64,000 nucleotides of DNA from Felis catus (lineage: Eukaryota): positions 23,004,001-23,068,000 of the forward strand of contig NC_058383.1 in NCBI RefSeq assembly GCF_018350175.1. Direction: 5' to 3'. The notes under the pieces are model-generated. The model was not told the DNA's origin and did no database searches. It saw only the letters and a list, made by a program, of their open reading frames with translations. Shown piece by piece: positions 22,801-37,200 of this stretch. A program made the translations under genes and the position numbers. Numbering within the stretch: position 1 is the first letter of the stretch; each line of letters opens with the position of its first letter.

Positions 22801-25800
22801 TTGGTGGAGATGGGGTGGGGCCTGAAGTTCTGAGAGTTCTATCAAGCTCCCAGGTGATGCTGATGGTCCACGGAACACTCTTGCTCTGGAGAACAAGTCA
22901 AGCATCACAGAGAAGTGGTCTGCAGGATGAAGAGAAATTAGCCAGGCAGAGAAGAGGGGGTGGCGTGAAAGGGCATGCGGTTTTGGAGGAACAGACATTT
23001 GGTGGCTGGTTACACCATGAAGAGCAGTGGGGGTGCTGAAAGTCTGGGAGAAGTATGTTATGTGGATTGTGAATGGCTTTGTAGGCTCTGCTGGTTTGGA
23101 CACTGTTCTCTGGAAGTTGAGAATCCAGGGCTGATTTTTTTAAGCAGGAGAGTGGTAGAATCAGACTCTTCCTCCTCCTCCTCCTCCCTCCTCCTCCCTC
23201 CTCCTCCCTCCTCCTCCCTCCTCCTCCCTCTTCCTCCCTCCTCCTCCCTCCTCCTCCCTCCTCCTCCCCTTCTTCCTTCTCCTCCTCCTCCTCCTCCTCC
23301 TCCTCTTTTTGCCCCTGAATTAAGTAAGCCTAGTGACACTGTGGAGGATTACTTTTCCCCCCCAAAATGTTTTATTACAGCCAAATTTGATGGGTATTAT
23401 TTTAAGCATAAAGAAAGTTGAGTTGAACACCAAGAAGGTGAGTGTGAGGTATACGTGTTACCACGGCCCTTTGCCTGTATGTGTCAGACATTGGTGTTCC
23501 ATGCGGATACTCTTTCCCTGAGCTCACATTCAACCTCAGAATCCTGCCCAATTCTGGGCTCCAGGCAGTCACTACCAGTTGATTGGAGTTGGCAGAGAAG
23601 ATGAAACCAATTTGCCATCTTGAGAGTTTGCCTTGAGGTCTCGAAAAGCACTTAGTATGTCTTTGAGTATGCTTTTATCGTCTTAAAACTTTCTTAAGTT
23701 ACTAATGATTTTCTTTGTAAGTTTTCCAATTAGAGTTCTTTCTTGATTCCTAACCACTTTGATTTATTTGAGGTTTAGGAGCTTGCCAGGTAGACAGATT
23801 CTTGGTTTTGGATGAGCTACTAGATGGTTGTTAAGGTTGGCCTTTCATTTTCCAAAATGAAATGGATTGACTGGCTCAACCTTGGTATGCTTTAAGAAAC
23901 TTCTCTGGCTGCCACGTATATCCTTTTCTCCTTTTAAGCAGGTGTTTTTCTCCTCCTCGTAGAGCAGGGTTCTCAACCAGGGCTCTTTTGCCTTCCCAAC
24001 CCTTCCATTCCTGGGGACATTTGGCCTTGTCTGGAGACATACTTGGTTGATGCAACTGGGGCGGGGGTGCTGCTGGCTCTGCTCCCCTCAGTAAGGGGTT
24101 GGTTATCCAGCCCAAAATGCGAGTTAGGCTGAGATTGAAAAACACTCTGTTGGAGGAATGTTTTGTGCCTTCTTAGGGCGTTTTTCTTAGTATCCCAGCC
24201 TTTAGAATGCTTGCCGTATTACGTTTTCTCCTCTGTGTGTGTGTGTTTGCAGCAGCACTAGAGTAAAATTTGACTTAACTGGAAGGATCCTTGGACCATT
24301 ATCTTGGTAAAACAAGGAGAGAAAATAAATCATTCTGAAACCTGAATGCTCAAAATGCTGTTTTAAGAGGAAATGAGCTTATTGTCTAACTAGTAGGATG
24401 CTAGTGTGTGTGCTTCCAGTTTCTCCTACGTGCTGATTTCTAGTACTCAGTGCCCTTGCGCAGCAAGTAAAGAGATGGGTGGTCATCTTTCAAGTAACAA
24501 AGATACGTTTTATAGCAGCAGTTTTCAAACTGTGCTGCCAAAAAACAACTAGAACAGAGTTCTCTACTGATAATAGAACTGTGGGGATTCCTTCTAAATT
24601 TGCTGTAAAACAAAAGATAATTGATGAATAGAAATTTCTATTCCATATTTTTTTTCCTTGAACTGCGGTGCCTGGTGGTGCCTATTTATGAGTGAGAGTT
24701 CTCAGGTTACAAAGGGAATAAATGTATAAATGAGTAGTAGCAGATAAGCTAGCAATTGGGGTTATACTGGCTCAGTTTCACACCTTTTTCATAGACTCAT
24801 GTTGGAGGCTCTGATTTTATGCTGTCGACCTATGATCTAAGTTTTCCTGGTTTGTGTGAAAATGTTTAGTATATTGATATTTCACAGTGGTTCCCAAGGA
24901 GTGTTCGGATTTGAGGGTGCCCCTTAAATTTATTTGAAAAGTAAGAAAAAAAATTGTGTAGGTCACATTTAGATTTGTGGCCAAGTATAAAGTATGTGTC
25001 TTCCTGATCAGTTCCCTTCTCTGTCCAGTGCTGTCACTTTTGTTGTAGCGAAGCTCCACATCTCTGAAGGAGAAGGGAGGTAACCGAATCGTCAAATTTT
25101 AGACTTAGGGGGAGATGTGAATGGCCTCAGCCTTTCTGGATGAAGGGAATGTGATTCCCCTGCTGGCTGGAGACCGAGAGAACAGAACCAGAGCTATGCC
25201 TTCAGCCTTCATCACCTCTGCGTTGCTGATGCACACACCGAAGCACACCCGTGCTTCTGTTACCTTGTTTTTACAACCACTGAAATATAATTCTCAACAT
25301 AAAACATAAAGAGGTAGGGTGGGGTGTGCTGAAATGTATAATGTTCTCCCTCCACTAAGACTCTGGTGCTCAATCTTCGTGAAAATAAGGTAGCTGCAGC
25401 TAACGCTGTATACATGCCATTGCTTCTCAGACTTAGGCACTTTGGGAAGTCGGCCTTAAAAATAATCCTTTCAGACCACTTAGTTGTGTATATAAACATG
25501 TCTACATCTTTTACATTGGTAGGCTCATGCTCCACATATAGTTCTGTAACTTGGTTTCCCCTATTGCCCTACCCATGGGTAGCATGGCTTTCCTTGTTTT
25601 TTGTTGATACATCCAAGCCCATCTCATTCTTTTTGGCAGTGGTATAGAAGCCCAATGGTGGGTGTTTAGGTAGTATTAAAGTTTTTATTTATTTTTTTTA
25701 TTAAAAAAAAAAATTTTTTTTTAGCGTTTATTTATTTTTGAGACAGAGAGAGACAGAGCATGAACGGGGAGGGCCAGAGAGAGGGAGACACAGAGTCTGA

Positions 25801-28210
25801 AACAGGCTCCAGACTCTGAGCTGTCAGCACAGAGCCCGATGCGGGGCTCAAACTCACGGACCGCGAGATCATGACCTGAGCTGAAGTCGGCCGCTCAACC
25901 GACTGAGCCACCCAGGCGCACCGGTAGTATAAAGTTTTTAATCATTATAGCCAATCCTTCAGTATACACCAAGTCTCATTTTCTAAAGACTGAGTCTTAG
26001 AAGTGGCACTGCTTAGTCAAAGGGAATTTAAATGTTGCATTTAAAATGTTGCTGCACGTTGCTGGATTGCCCAGCAAAGAGTAGTAGAGGACAAGATTCT
26101 CTGACCCATCCATGGTGCATGCTAGGGCCTACCCCCGCTGACATGTGCTTCCTCTTATTAGTGACTGCCCTTGTTTGCCATTTTTTAAAATTATTTTCTT
26201 TTACAGGGTCATTTTTTTTTTGGGGGGGGGGGCGGGCAGGACTATCCTGGCATTGTAGGATGTTTAGCAGTGTTCCAGTCCCTTACCCCAGTCATGACAA
26301 TCAAAAATGTCTCCAGACATTGCCAAATGTCCCCTGGGGGGCAAAATTGCCCCAGTTGAGAACCCCTGATTTGGAGAGAAGGGGAAATAAATACAAATGA
26401 TTGAGATGAGAAGGGCAAATTGTGGGTGGCCTTGAAAGTCTGTCACAACAGTTTAGCCTTGAGGCTGCAATCAGTAGTGTTTCAATATAGGCTTCTTGAG
26501 CTGTGCAGACACTAATTTGATGAAAAGGATGCTTTAGAAAAATGGGTCTGATGGTGAGCACAAATGAATCCAATGGAGGAGAAAGTAATTGCAGGAAAAG
26601 GACAATCATAAGTATGAACCGAGGAAAGGATGAATCCAAGGGACGTTTTGGAGGACATTATGACATTATTAGGGAGAGTCCAAGGGATGGAGTTGTAAAC
26701 ACCAAGGTTTCAGAACTGAGGTATGGAGAAAATCATGGGAATCATTTGATGGGAATGGAATAGTTGGAAAGGGGAAGTGGTTTGTGGAGCACAGGGGACA
26801 GAAAAGATCATGCATTTAAATTGAACATGGGGTCAGTGATCATGGGATATTTAAGAAAGGGAGTCTTGATAGACAGGAACTGTGGTGCAATTTGGGACTA
26901 GGTGTGTAGACTTGGATTCAGCTGCGTATTGTGTGAGCTGTCTCACATAATTGTATTTTTATCACTGGACAAGTTTAAGCAGAGTCTTGGGGGTGGTTTC
27001 TGAAGGAGCCACATACGCTGTAGTGGATTGGAGTGGATTCAGCTTATTTATTTCCTTTTCCTTGCCTTTTGTTCCTTTCCTCTGACTTTAGAGCATGTAT
27101 ATAAAATCTATGTTTGAAGCAGAGTTGACAGTGTTTGGCAGCTTTATGGGTGTGTGAAAAGTGAATAAGAAGGAGGAAATGAACATAACTCAGAGGTACT
27201 GAAGCAGGGTGTGGTGGGATGGCAGTGTTCAAGACCAGAAGCACAGAATGCAGAACAGTTCTGCAGGTGGGCGGGTAAATTCAGTTTTGGACAGGTCATA
27301 CAGTATATAACATAAGAGTCCTAGGAAGACTTTTTTTTTAGTTAAATTTGTCGAATGTCTGTCATATATCAGGTATTGTGCAAAATCAATCGTTTGAGTT
27401 TTTGGTGACCCATGTCGAAAGGAGCTGCTCTTGGAATTATTTCTTTAAGTCAAGATACAGATGTAATAACACAGGTGCTTGTCCTGACTTACAGAGGCTT
27501 ATTCTGAACTAATTGTTTTATGTCGTCCTTTGTGTGGCCTAAAGTTTTTAGTTTGACTCTGCTTTTGTTTTGTTATTAGAGTGTGGTTTGATGGATTTTT
27601 CCTGTCCCCCTCTATACACTTGTCACAATGAGGGGCTACTAAATAGGGCAGTGTTCACTGTTTGTGTAGTTCCCCACAGCTGTTTCCTATAGTAAAGACT
27701 CTGGAAAACAATGACCTCATGGTTTCCACAAAAAACCTTTTATATATAATAGTGGAAAAGAAATCATTGAAAGCTGGGTAATTTAAAGTTCTGTCCTCTG
27801 TAGCTTTTTCCCTCAAAAATACTCTTGTTTGCTCTGCTAATTAATCCTTCACTGGCTGTTCCTCAAATGACCTTTTATGTTTAACAAACAACATTTTTGC
27901 AGTGGAGCACATCGAGATATCTTGTCTTTCATCTGACTGTGATCTTTCTTCATTTAGAAATCATTGTTTTATGCCATGGACTGTGGCAGTTCCTAGAGGA
28001 ATTGGCCAGTCACTGAACATCTGTTGCTTCTTCCCTCCGGTTGTTGAGCTTGGATGGTAGCAAACAATGTGACCACAAACAAACAGTTCAGGCATTAGAA
28101 GATTTCATGGGACTGGTTGGGAAATGCCTTTGTTGCTTCCACTGCAAGAACTTCTGTAAGTGCATCACCAGCTCAGGAAATTCTTTGACTTGAATTCTTG
28201 GTATTCTTTT

Positions 28211-28286
<76 letters not shown>

Positions 28287-31200
28287 TAAGTTTATGTTCA
28301 TTCATTCATTCATTCATTCATTTATAGTAATCTCTACTCCCAACATGGGGCTTGAACTTGTGACCCTGAGATCAAGAGTCACATGCTCTTCTGACTGAGC
28401 CAGTCAGGTGCTCCTTGGTATTCTAATATTAAAAAAATTTTTTTTCAACATTTACTTATTTTTGAGAGACAGAGACAGAGCATGAGCAGGGGAGGGGCAG
28501 AGAGAGAGGGAGACACAGAATCCGAAGCAGGCTCCAGGCTCCGAGCTGTCAGCACAGAGCCTGATGCAGGGCTCGAACTCACAAACTGCGAGTTCATGAC
28601 CTGAGCTGAAGTCGGACGCTTAACTGACTGAGCCACCCAGGTGCCCCAGATATTCTAATATTTAAAAGCAAGACAGAGTCATCTGATTGATTCGAAAAAC
28701 AGTAATAATCATAATGAAAATACCATTTATTTGTGTGGGGCCATATCATTTACAAAGCCATTTCTTGAACAATACCAGTTTGAACTGTGCAAGTCCACCT
28801 ATATGTTGAATTAAAAATACACACACACACACACACACACGTGAAAAAATTTTGGGGATTTGTGGCAATTAAACTTGCAGATGAACTATGTGGCCTAGAA
28901 ATATAGAAAAACTTAAGTAGAAGTTAGGTATGTCGTGAATGCATAAAATATATGTAGATGCTAGTCTGTGTTATCATTTACTATCATAAAATATACACAA
29001 ACCTATTATAAAAAGTTAAAATATGTCAAAACTTAAACACACAGAGTGTACGTGGCACCATTTATAGTCAAATGTAAACAAGTACAGACATGTAGTATTA
29101 AATCGTAGCTGTAAGGAATTAACTGTAGTACATACTGTACTACCGGTAATATTTTCATGGCCACCTCCTGTTGGCTGTTGCGCTGAGCTCAAGTGTTGCC
29201 AGCATCCACTTAAAATGCCAAGTGACGCTAATCATCTCTGTGTGAGCATTTAGTCTATTCAGTAAGTTGTATATCACAATTAAAAGTGATCACTTGGCAG
29301 TTCTCACTATTAGTAGTTAAGTTTTGGGGGAGTCCACAGTTATACACAGATTTTTGACTGCATGGAGGTGAGTGCCCACATTGTTCAAGGGTCAACTGTA
29401 CATTCATATAAATTTTTTCATTAAATCTTCACTACAGACCTGTGAAGAGGCATTGGTATTTCATTTTTGAAATTAGGATACTGGGATTCACTGCTAGTAA
29501 GTAGCAGAGCCTTGCTTGGTTTTTACAAGGATTAAATGAAAAGGTACAACTAAGAGTTTAGTGTAGAAACTTACACATAGTAACTATTCAGTAAACGGCA
29601 GATGGTGATAATGAAGGTAGTCATTCTAACTCTGGCCTCAAGTACCCTTCCCCATTTCTAAACTCTGTCTCTTCCAATGGCCGGTTTTTATTGCTGCTGG
29701 ATTAATCTGAAAGTTTATCCGAGATTATATTATTTCTCTTTTCAAAAATTGCTTTTACTTTTTCTTTTATATACAAAATATGGCATACATTTCTTAGCTT
29801 GGCATTTAAGCTTTTCCAGAAAAATGAAATAAAAGGCATACATAAAGCTAGCCCTGTTAAAAAAAAAATGGACTCAATAGACATAAAACTGTTAATTTGC
29901 TCTAAGTATTTCTGAATGCCAACTCTCAATTTTTGTACTTATCTTTTGTACTTACCAGTCCATGACTGGTGGCAAAAAGTTCACAGACAGGCATCTCTCT
30001 GTGGATCACATTTTGAAGAGTGCTGCTATAGAGCTTCCCAAAGTCTGATTTTGCCTGTTGTATTCCGGTAGTTTCAGTTAAAATGTTCTGTTCCCATACT
30101 TCCTGTAAAATGGTAGATTTAGAGGCTTAATGAGACTCAGGTTTGAGGTTTCTCTCTCTCTCTCTTTTTCTTTCTTTTTTTTTTTTTTTTGGTAGTGTTG
30201 TTAACTTCTGTCAGGAAGCCTATAATGCTATAATGTCTGGTTGGGTCTCTTACTATGTTAGTAGACATTGATGATTATTCCTTGATCCATTAGTTCATTA
30301 AGGGTTGAAAAATGGTGATGTTATAATTTTAACATTCTTATTAGCTAGAACACTTCTGTAGCGACTCCTGCCCTCATCAATTACTTTGTTACCCCAACAT
30401 AAATTTGGAGAAGAAAGGCAAGATAAATGGTTTAGGTTTTTTTCCCCTTTAATTTTGGTTTTCTTTTTTTTTTTTTTAATTTTTTTTTTTTAACGTTTAT
30501 TTATTTTTTTTTTAATTTTTTTTTTTTCAACGTTTATTTATTTTTGGGACAGAGAGAGACAGAGCATGAACGGGGGAGGGGCAGAGAGAGAGGGAGACAC
30601 AGAATCGGAAACAGGCTCCAGGCTCTGAGCCATCAGCCCAGAGCCTGACGCGGGGCTCGAACTCAGAGACCGCGAGATCGTGACCTGGCTGAAGTCGGAT
30701 GCTTAACCAACTGCGCCACCCAGGTGCCCCCAACGTTTATTTATTTTTGAGACAGAGAGAGACAGAGCATGAATGGGGGAGGGTCAGAGAGAGAGGGAGA
30801 CACAGAATCGGAAACAGGCTCCAGGCTCTGAGCCATCAGCACAGAGCCTGACGCGGGGCTCGAACTCACGAACTGCGAGATCATGACCTGAGCCGAAGTC
30901 GGACACTTAACCGACTAAGCCACCCAGGCGCCGCTAATTTTGGTTTTCAAAATAATTTCTTGATTTCCAAATGTGGTTAGTGAGTTTTTTGTTAAAACCA
31001 TGTGAACTCATGGATTTAACTGTATATCTGATGTACTTCAGTTACAGTTGTTAGCCTAATTGACGCCCAAATTGTGCCATTTGTGTCCAGTAGAAGTGGC
31101 TCCTGAATCCTTCTGACATGATATTAGTAGTCTGTGATGTCAAACTAGAATCCAGGGAAGATATTCCGGCTCATCTTAACACATTTCCTGCCCCAGATCT

Positions 31201-34200
31201 GGGATCAGTGATTTCTTTAAGGATCCCTGGTTGCCTTTTTTGGCAAATGGTAGAGAGCCACAGTCTGGGCCCTAGGAGTGCATGTGGTTTCTTTGTCTTC
31301 TAAGTAGAGAGAGCTAGAAAATATGTAACTTCTTTTAAAGACATAAAAAAATCATGAATTCTTATTGATAATTCCCTTTAAGGGTTTCAGGGTTTTTCTT
31401 TAACTCCTTGATCTTGCATCTGTTTCTCCTTTCTCCCAAGCTGAAAACCCTGTTCCCAGCACAGCGTAATTTTTCATTGGCATTATCCTACAGTCCTCAC
31501 AAGTCTCAGGATAATAATCCCAATACTACCACCAGTAGTATGTGTGCTTGAAAAATATTTAAGATTTATTTTTGGTATTTTTTTGTTTTGTCTGTAGGAC
31601 ATGGTCTACTGGGTCTGTATAATCAAATTATTAATATTTTTAAGTTTATTTATTTATTTTGAGAGAGACAAAGCATTAATGGGGAGGAGCAGAGAGAGAG
31701 AGAGAGAGGGAGAGAGAATCCCAAGCAGGCTCTGCACTGTCAGCCTGGAGCCTCGAACTCACGAACCATGAGATGGTGACCTGAGCTGAGATCATGACCT
31801 GAGGTGAAATCAAGAGTTGGATGCTTAACAGACTGAGCCACCCAGGCGCCCCTCAAATTCCTATATTTTAAGGTCACTTGGAATAGTCCTCAGTGTGGCT
31901 TTGTCACCAACTAGGTACTTAAAGTCATTTATTTCTTTTTGATTTTGAAGGATTACTTTTGAAAATTTAATTTTGTTGCATAATTATGTAAAAAATAAAA
32001 TACATGGCCTGAAGTCAAATGTACAACATAAGATCTATTCAGAAAAGTCTGGTTTCTGTCTTTGATCTCTGTACCCTATTCTCTTTCTCCCTAAATTTTA
32101 TGAATTATTCTTTTATTGTTTTAATATAAGCAAATTAATTTTCTTGCTTTGTGTGTATGTATATGTGTGTGTTGTGTGTATATTCATATTTTCTCTTATT
32201 TAGATAAATGGTAGCACATTACATAGAATTTTTTTCCTATAGCCTTTCCTATAGGTAACATGAGTGCTTACCACATGCCCTGCACAGTTGATTATTTTAT
32301 TTATTCCTTATAATAGTGTAAAGTAGGTACATAAATTATTATTTCTGTCTTACAGATGAAGAAACAGAGGCATCTCTACAGACTTTTAATTTTGTGGTTC
32401 TCTGAATTTCCCATAGTAACCGGTCGTGTCTTTTGTATGCATCTTTATGAGTGAGTGAACGGGCAGGGAATTAACTTCTGTATCTGCTTTATTTTGAGCA
32501 ATGAGGGAGGCAGGGAAAGGCTTGTGTTTAAACTGTGTTAGAGGAGATTCAGCCTTTTCTTTGAGGTCCAGAGCTCTCTATAGCTGGAGAAGAATAACAG
32601 AACTGCTACTGACAAGAGGTGCTCCTAGTAATTCTAAAGATACATGAATTTGGAACATTCTTTAATCTTACCCAAAATAAGCGTCCCTTTGTAAGAGTGT
32701 AGTGACAACTTGGTAAATCTCCCTCGTTTTAGAGTCTAAAGAGAAGACAAACTCCTTTAAAAGCAGTAGCTCCTGGGAAATACCTACTAGTCAATATCAG
32801 GATTTTAATAGTGGCAGGAAGGAAAGAAGAGAGTAGTTACGTTTCCCTACAGGCGGGGTGAGAGAAAGGAGCATTGGCAGCTTTTTATCATCTATCCAGC
32901 GGGAGGAAGGGTTGGTTAGGTTGGAGACCTGTTGATTATTACCCTTTGAGGCTCTGTTGTGATGCCAGGCAGCTGGTTAGGCTGTTGTAACTGCCCGCAC
33001 CCACTTCCTGGTGATACCCAATTCTGGTTCAGGCTTCAGGCTGTCAGTATCAGAGGATAGTGCCAGGAGGCGGGTGAGGGCAGCTAAGGGGCAGGTCTGC
33101 CCCTTCCCTTTTGAAAATCTGAACGAATGAGTTTTGAATACAGTGAGAATCCTGGAGCAACTGAGATCTTGGGCTGGTCACTGAGCCTCAGTTTCCTTAC
33201 TTAACTTTTCATTGCTGTATGATACCAGCTTCACAGATCAAGGTGTGTGATAGCCATTGGTTCCTTTACACCTGAGTGATGGGAACATTTTAGCAGGAAA
33301 AACCAACCAGCTGGCTCACATATTCACTAGCCCAGCCTGTAAGAGCAAGCCTGGGACATAGGCTTTTGGTTGTCAGGAATAATGCTGCTGTGAACATTCA
33401 TGCACAAATTTTTGTGTGGACATATGTTTTCATTTCTCTTGGGTATATGCCTAGGAGTGGGATTGCTGGGTCATATTATGACTCCACGTTTAACTTTTTG
33501 AGCGGTTGTCCAACTATTTTCCACAGTGGCTGCGCCATTTTACATTCATACCAGCACTGCATGAGTATTTCAGTTTCTCCACATCTTCGGCAACACTTGT
33601 TACTGTCTGTCTTTTATTAAAGCCATCCTAGGGGCTCCTGGCTGGCTCACTCAGTAGAACCTCCGACTCTTGATCTCAGGGTTGTAAGTTCAAGCCCCAC
33701 ATTGGGCATAGAGCCTGTTAAAAAAAAACAAAATGAAATAATGCAATCCTAGTGAATGTGAAGTGGTATTTCACTGTGTGGTTTTTTGTTTTGTTTTTAG
33801 TGACATCTTTCTTTTCCTTTTCCTTTTCCTTTCCTTTCCTTTCCTTTCCTTTCCTTTCCTTTCCTTTCCTTTCCTTTCCTCTCCTCTCCTCTCCTCTCCT
33901 CTCCTCTCCTCTCCTCTCCTCTCCTCTCCTCTCCTCTCCTCTCCTCTCTTTTCTTTTCTTTTTTCTCTTCTCTTCTCTTCTCTTCTCTTCTCTTCTCTTC
34001 TCTTCTCTTCTCTTCTCTTCTCTTCTCTTCTCTTCTCTTCTCTTCTCTTCTCTCTTTTCTAACTCTACCCCTGACATGGGGCTGAAACTCACAACAACCC
34101 TGCACATTAAGAGTCACGTACTCCACCAACTAAGCCAGTCAGGCACCCCTCATTGTGTTTTTGGTTTGCGTTAAGTATGTGTGTGGTTTCTTCTGCTTAA

Positions 34201-37200
34201 GTTCATTAGGAGATAAAATCTATTTTGGTAAGAGTGTTACCCAAGTTATTGTAGAAAACTTAGAAAATATGTAAAAGGTTGAAGGTGGAAAATTGAGGAG
34301 CACCTAGGTGGCTCAGTTGGTTAAGCATCTGACTCTTAGTCTCTTTCGGTTCAGGTCATGATCTCACAGTTCATGGGTTCAAGACCTGCATTGGACTCTG
34401 TGCTAATGGCTTGAAGCCTGCTTGGGATTCTGTCTCCCTCTCTCTCTGCCCCTCCCCTGCTCGCGCTCTCTTTCTCTCTCCCTCTCTCTTTCTCTGTCTC
34501 TCAAAAATAATAAATAAATAAACATTAAAAAAAAGAAAATTGAAAATGTATATAAGTTATTTGGTATATTACTCTCTTGCCTTTTTTCCCCTCTGGATGT
34601 GTTTTAACATAATTGATATCAAACTGTATATACACTTTTACATCATGTGATTTTCATTTCATATTGTATTATGATTAATTTTGTCACAAAACTCCAGATC
34701 ATTGTATGAAGGTATATGATAACCTATTTTTGGATGTTTCTGATTGTGATGAATAATTTTTACATAAATTTTTTACTTTTTTTTTTTTACAAGCAGAAAA
34801 TGGTGATTATTCATAACATATTAATTCTTAGAATCAATAAGAAAACTACAGTTACTTTTGATTATTTCTTTAGCATATACTCTGTGAAATTCCTGGGTCA
34901 ATGCTTATTTATTTTGAAGATCCTTAAGTTACATTGTTACCTTATTTTATAAGGTTGTGGCATTAGCAGTGTGTAAGAATGTCTGTTGTACCCCACTGTT
35001 GCAAAATAGAAATCTTTAAGTTGATAAATAGAAAATAGCATTTTATTGTTTTAATTTTTATGTCTTAAATTACTAGTGAGGTAGGACAGCTGCATCTGTT
35101 CTTTAGAGTGGAAGTGTACCCATATGATAGCAACATTTTGATAACTTAGGGAGTTACCCTGTTTTGATTTCGCAGACTTCCCTTTGTTTTCTGTGTATTC
35201 ACACGCTCTTCCATTTAGCTTTCCCCTTCTACCGTCAGATGACCAAGGCCTGAACCAACTAGAATTGGTCAGGCCAGACCAGGTTGAGGCTGGGAAGGTT
35301 CTAAATTGTACTTTGTTAGGAAAAACCTAGAGGCAGAATGAGTCCCTATGCTGGTTTTTATGCAATCTGATTTTCATGGTGAGAGTTGAAAGAACTGGCA
35401 GAGGCCAGGATTGATTTGGAGACCATACCTGTCTGCCGCTCAGGAGTCAACCTGGCTTGACTTTCAGGCCTACACAGTGTTGGGTGTGGAGAAGTGACAT
35501 GGCAGGCCCGTGACTTGAAAACATCATCAGCCAGCTAAGATATAATTGGGTTGATGGCATTTGGGTTTATGGCAATATGAACACATAATTTGTAGTGAAA
35601 CTTGCTGGATCTGTTTTGAATGATACCTCTTGGTTACTACTAGTTGATGTTTCAGTTATCAAAATGCAGTAACAATAATGCTTCAAAACAAGATTATTTG
35701 CAGAATATTTTGGATAACTTTATAAAACTGACTGTTTAGTCAAAAACATTTCAGGGGGCGCCTGGGTGGCACAGTCGGTTAAGCGTCTGACTTTTGATTT
35801 CGGCTCAGATCATGATCTCACAGTTCTTGGTTTCAAGCCCCACATTGGGCTCTGCTGGCAGCACGGAGCCTGCTTGGGATTCTCTCTCTTTCTCCCTCTC
35901 TCTGACCCCCCCCCCCCACTCACGCTGTCTCTGTCTCTCTGAAAATAAACTTAAAAAACAAAAATTAAAAACTTGAGATCTGTTTATCACCAGATACTAA
36001 TATATTCAGAATCAAGAGGATGCATGCTTTGTCTCTTTGTGTATAATTACATACATACATACACATGCAGATTATGTAAGAAATATATGCATGTTTAGCT
36101 TCAGCATAATTCAAGGCTTGACCTTATGTGTTCCCTACTTCTTGTCTCTCTCACCCTGTTCCACCTCCAAGGGGGTACAGGGCACTTCACTTCCACCCCA
36201 AAGAGCAGTGCCACTCAACCAAGAATTTTGGCTGCTGGGCTGGTGAGCAGTGCCACGTGCTGAGTTTATAAGCCAAGCCTATGTTCCTCCTCTGCTTCTG
36301 TCCACTTGATCAGGAAGCTGATCCTGGTCTGTCTTTTTCTCTTCCTAGGGCTAAGCTTTCACCCCCTACCTGGCAAGCCACGGTGGCTTAAAAAGGCCCT
36401 TGGTGGGTGTCTGTAGACGTAAACTCTTTTCCTGTCTCTTTCCGCCAATTTTCTTTGATGCTAGCCGCTGTCACTTTTTTCCTCCAGTGATAAGATCCAA
36501 AGATTGGTATGGGTTTGAGTTTAGGATTACGCTAGGCAGAAAACTGCTTTGAGGCTCCTTAGGTCTGTCTATTAGAGAAAAAAGAAATTCTCAGCATAGT
36601 ACAGTCTGATTTACTGGGATTTGGGGCCAAAGCCGTAACTACAAATAAGGTACATATCTGTGTTTTGCCAGCCCCATCTTCTGTGCAGAAGATTTGGGTT
36701 CCCTGGCCAAAATACCAGGGTGTGCTCTCGTAAGATCCCCTTAAGTTCCACCTGGTCGACCTGGTCGTTGTTACCAGCAAAACCATTTTAGAAAACATCA
36801 GAAATATGGAAACATATAAGGAAGAAAGGGATAGATCACCTAAAATTTGCCATTCTGAGGCAATGACTGTTAATGTTTTGGTGTATATTTTGAAGGATAA
36901 AAGACAAAAAGGTCTTTAAAAATGTATCTTAAAAGTTTGAAATCATGTTCATATGTAGTTTTGCATCTTCTTTTCACTTAATTGTATTATATATTAATTT
37001 CTCAATGATTTTAAAACTTTATAAAATTCCATTGTAGAAAAAAATAATTTCTTAGGTATTTTTTAAAGTTTTTTTTAACGTTTATTCATTTTTGAGAAAC
37101 AAAGAGCGTGAGTGGGGGAGGGGCAGAGAGAGAGGGAGACCCAGAATCTGAAGCAGGCTCTGGGCTCTGAGCTGTCAGCACAGAGCCTGATATGGGGCTG

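Noticed and set aside
22975..23421. Pro/Ser/Leu-rich and Glu/Gly/Arg-rich ORFs
   Set aside because: Translations of the (CCT)n tract
33718..34174. ORFs rich in EKRRE or FSSLL repeats
   Set aside because: Translations of the pentamer microsatellite
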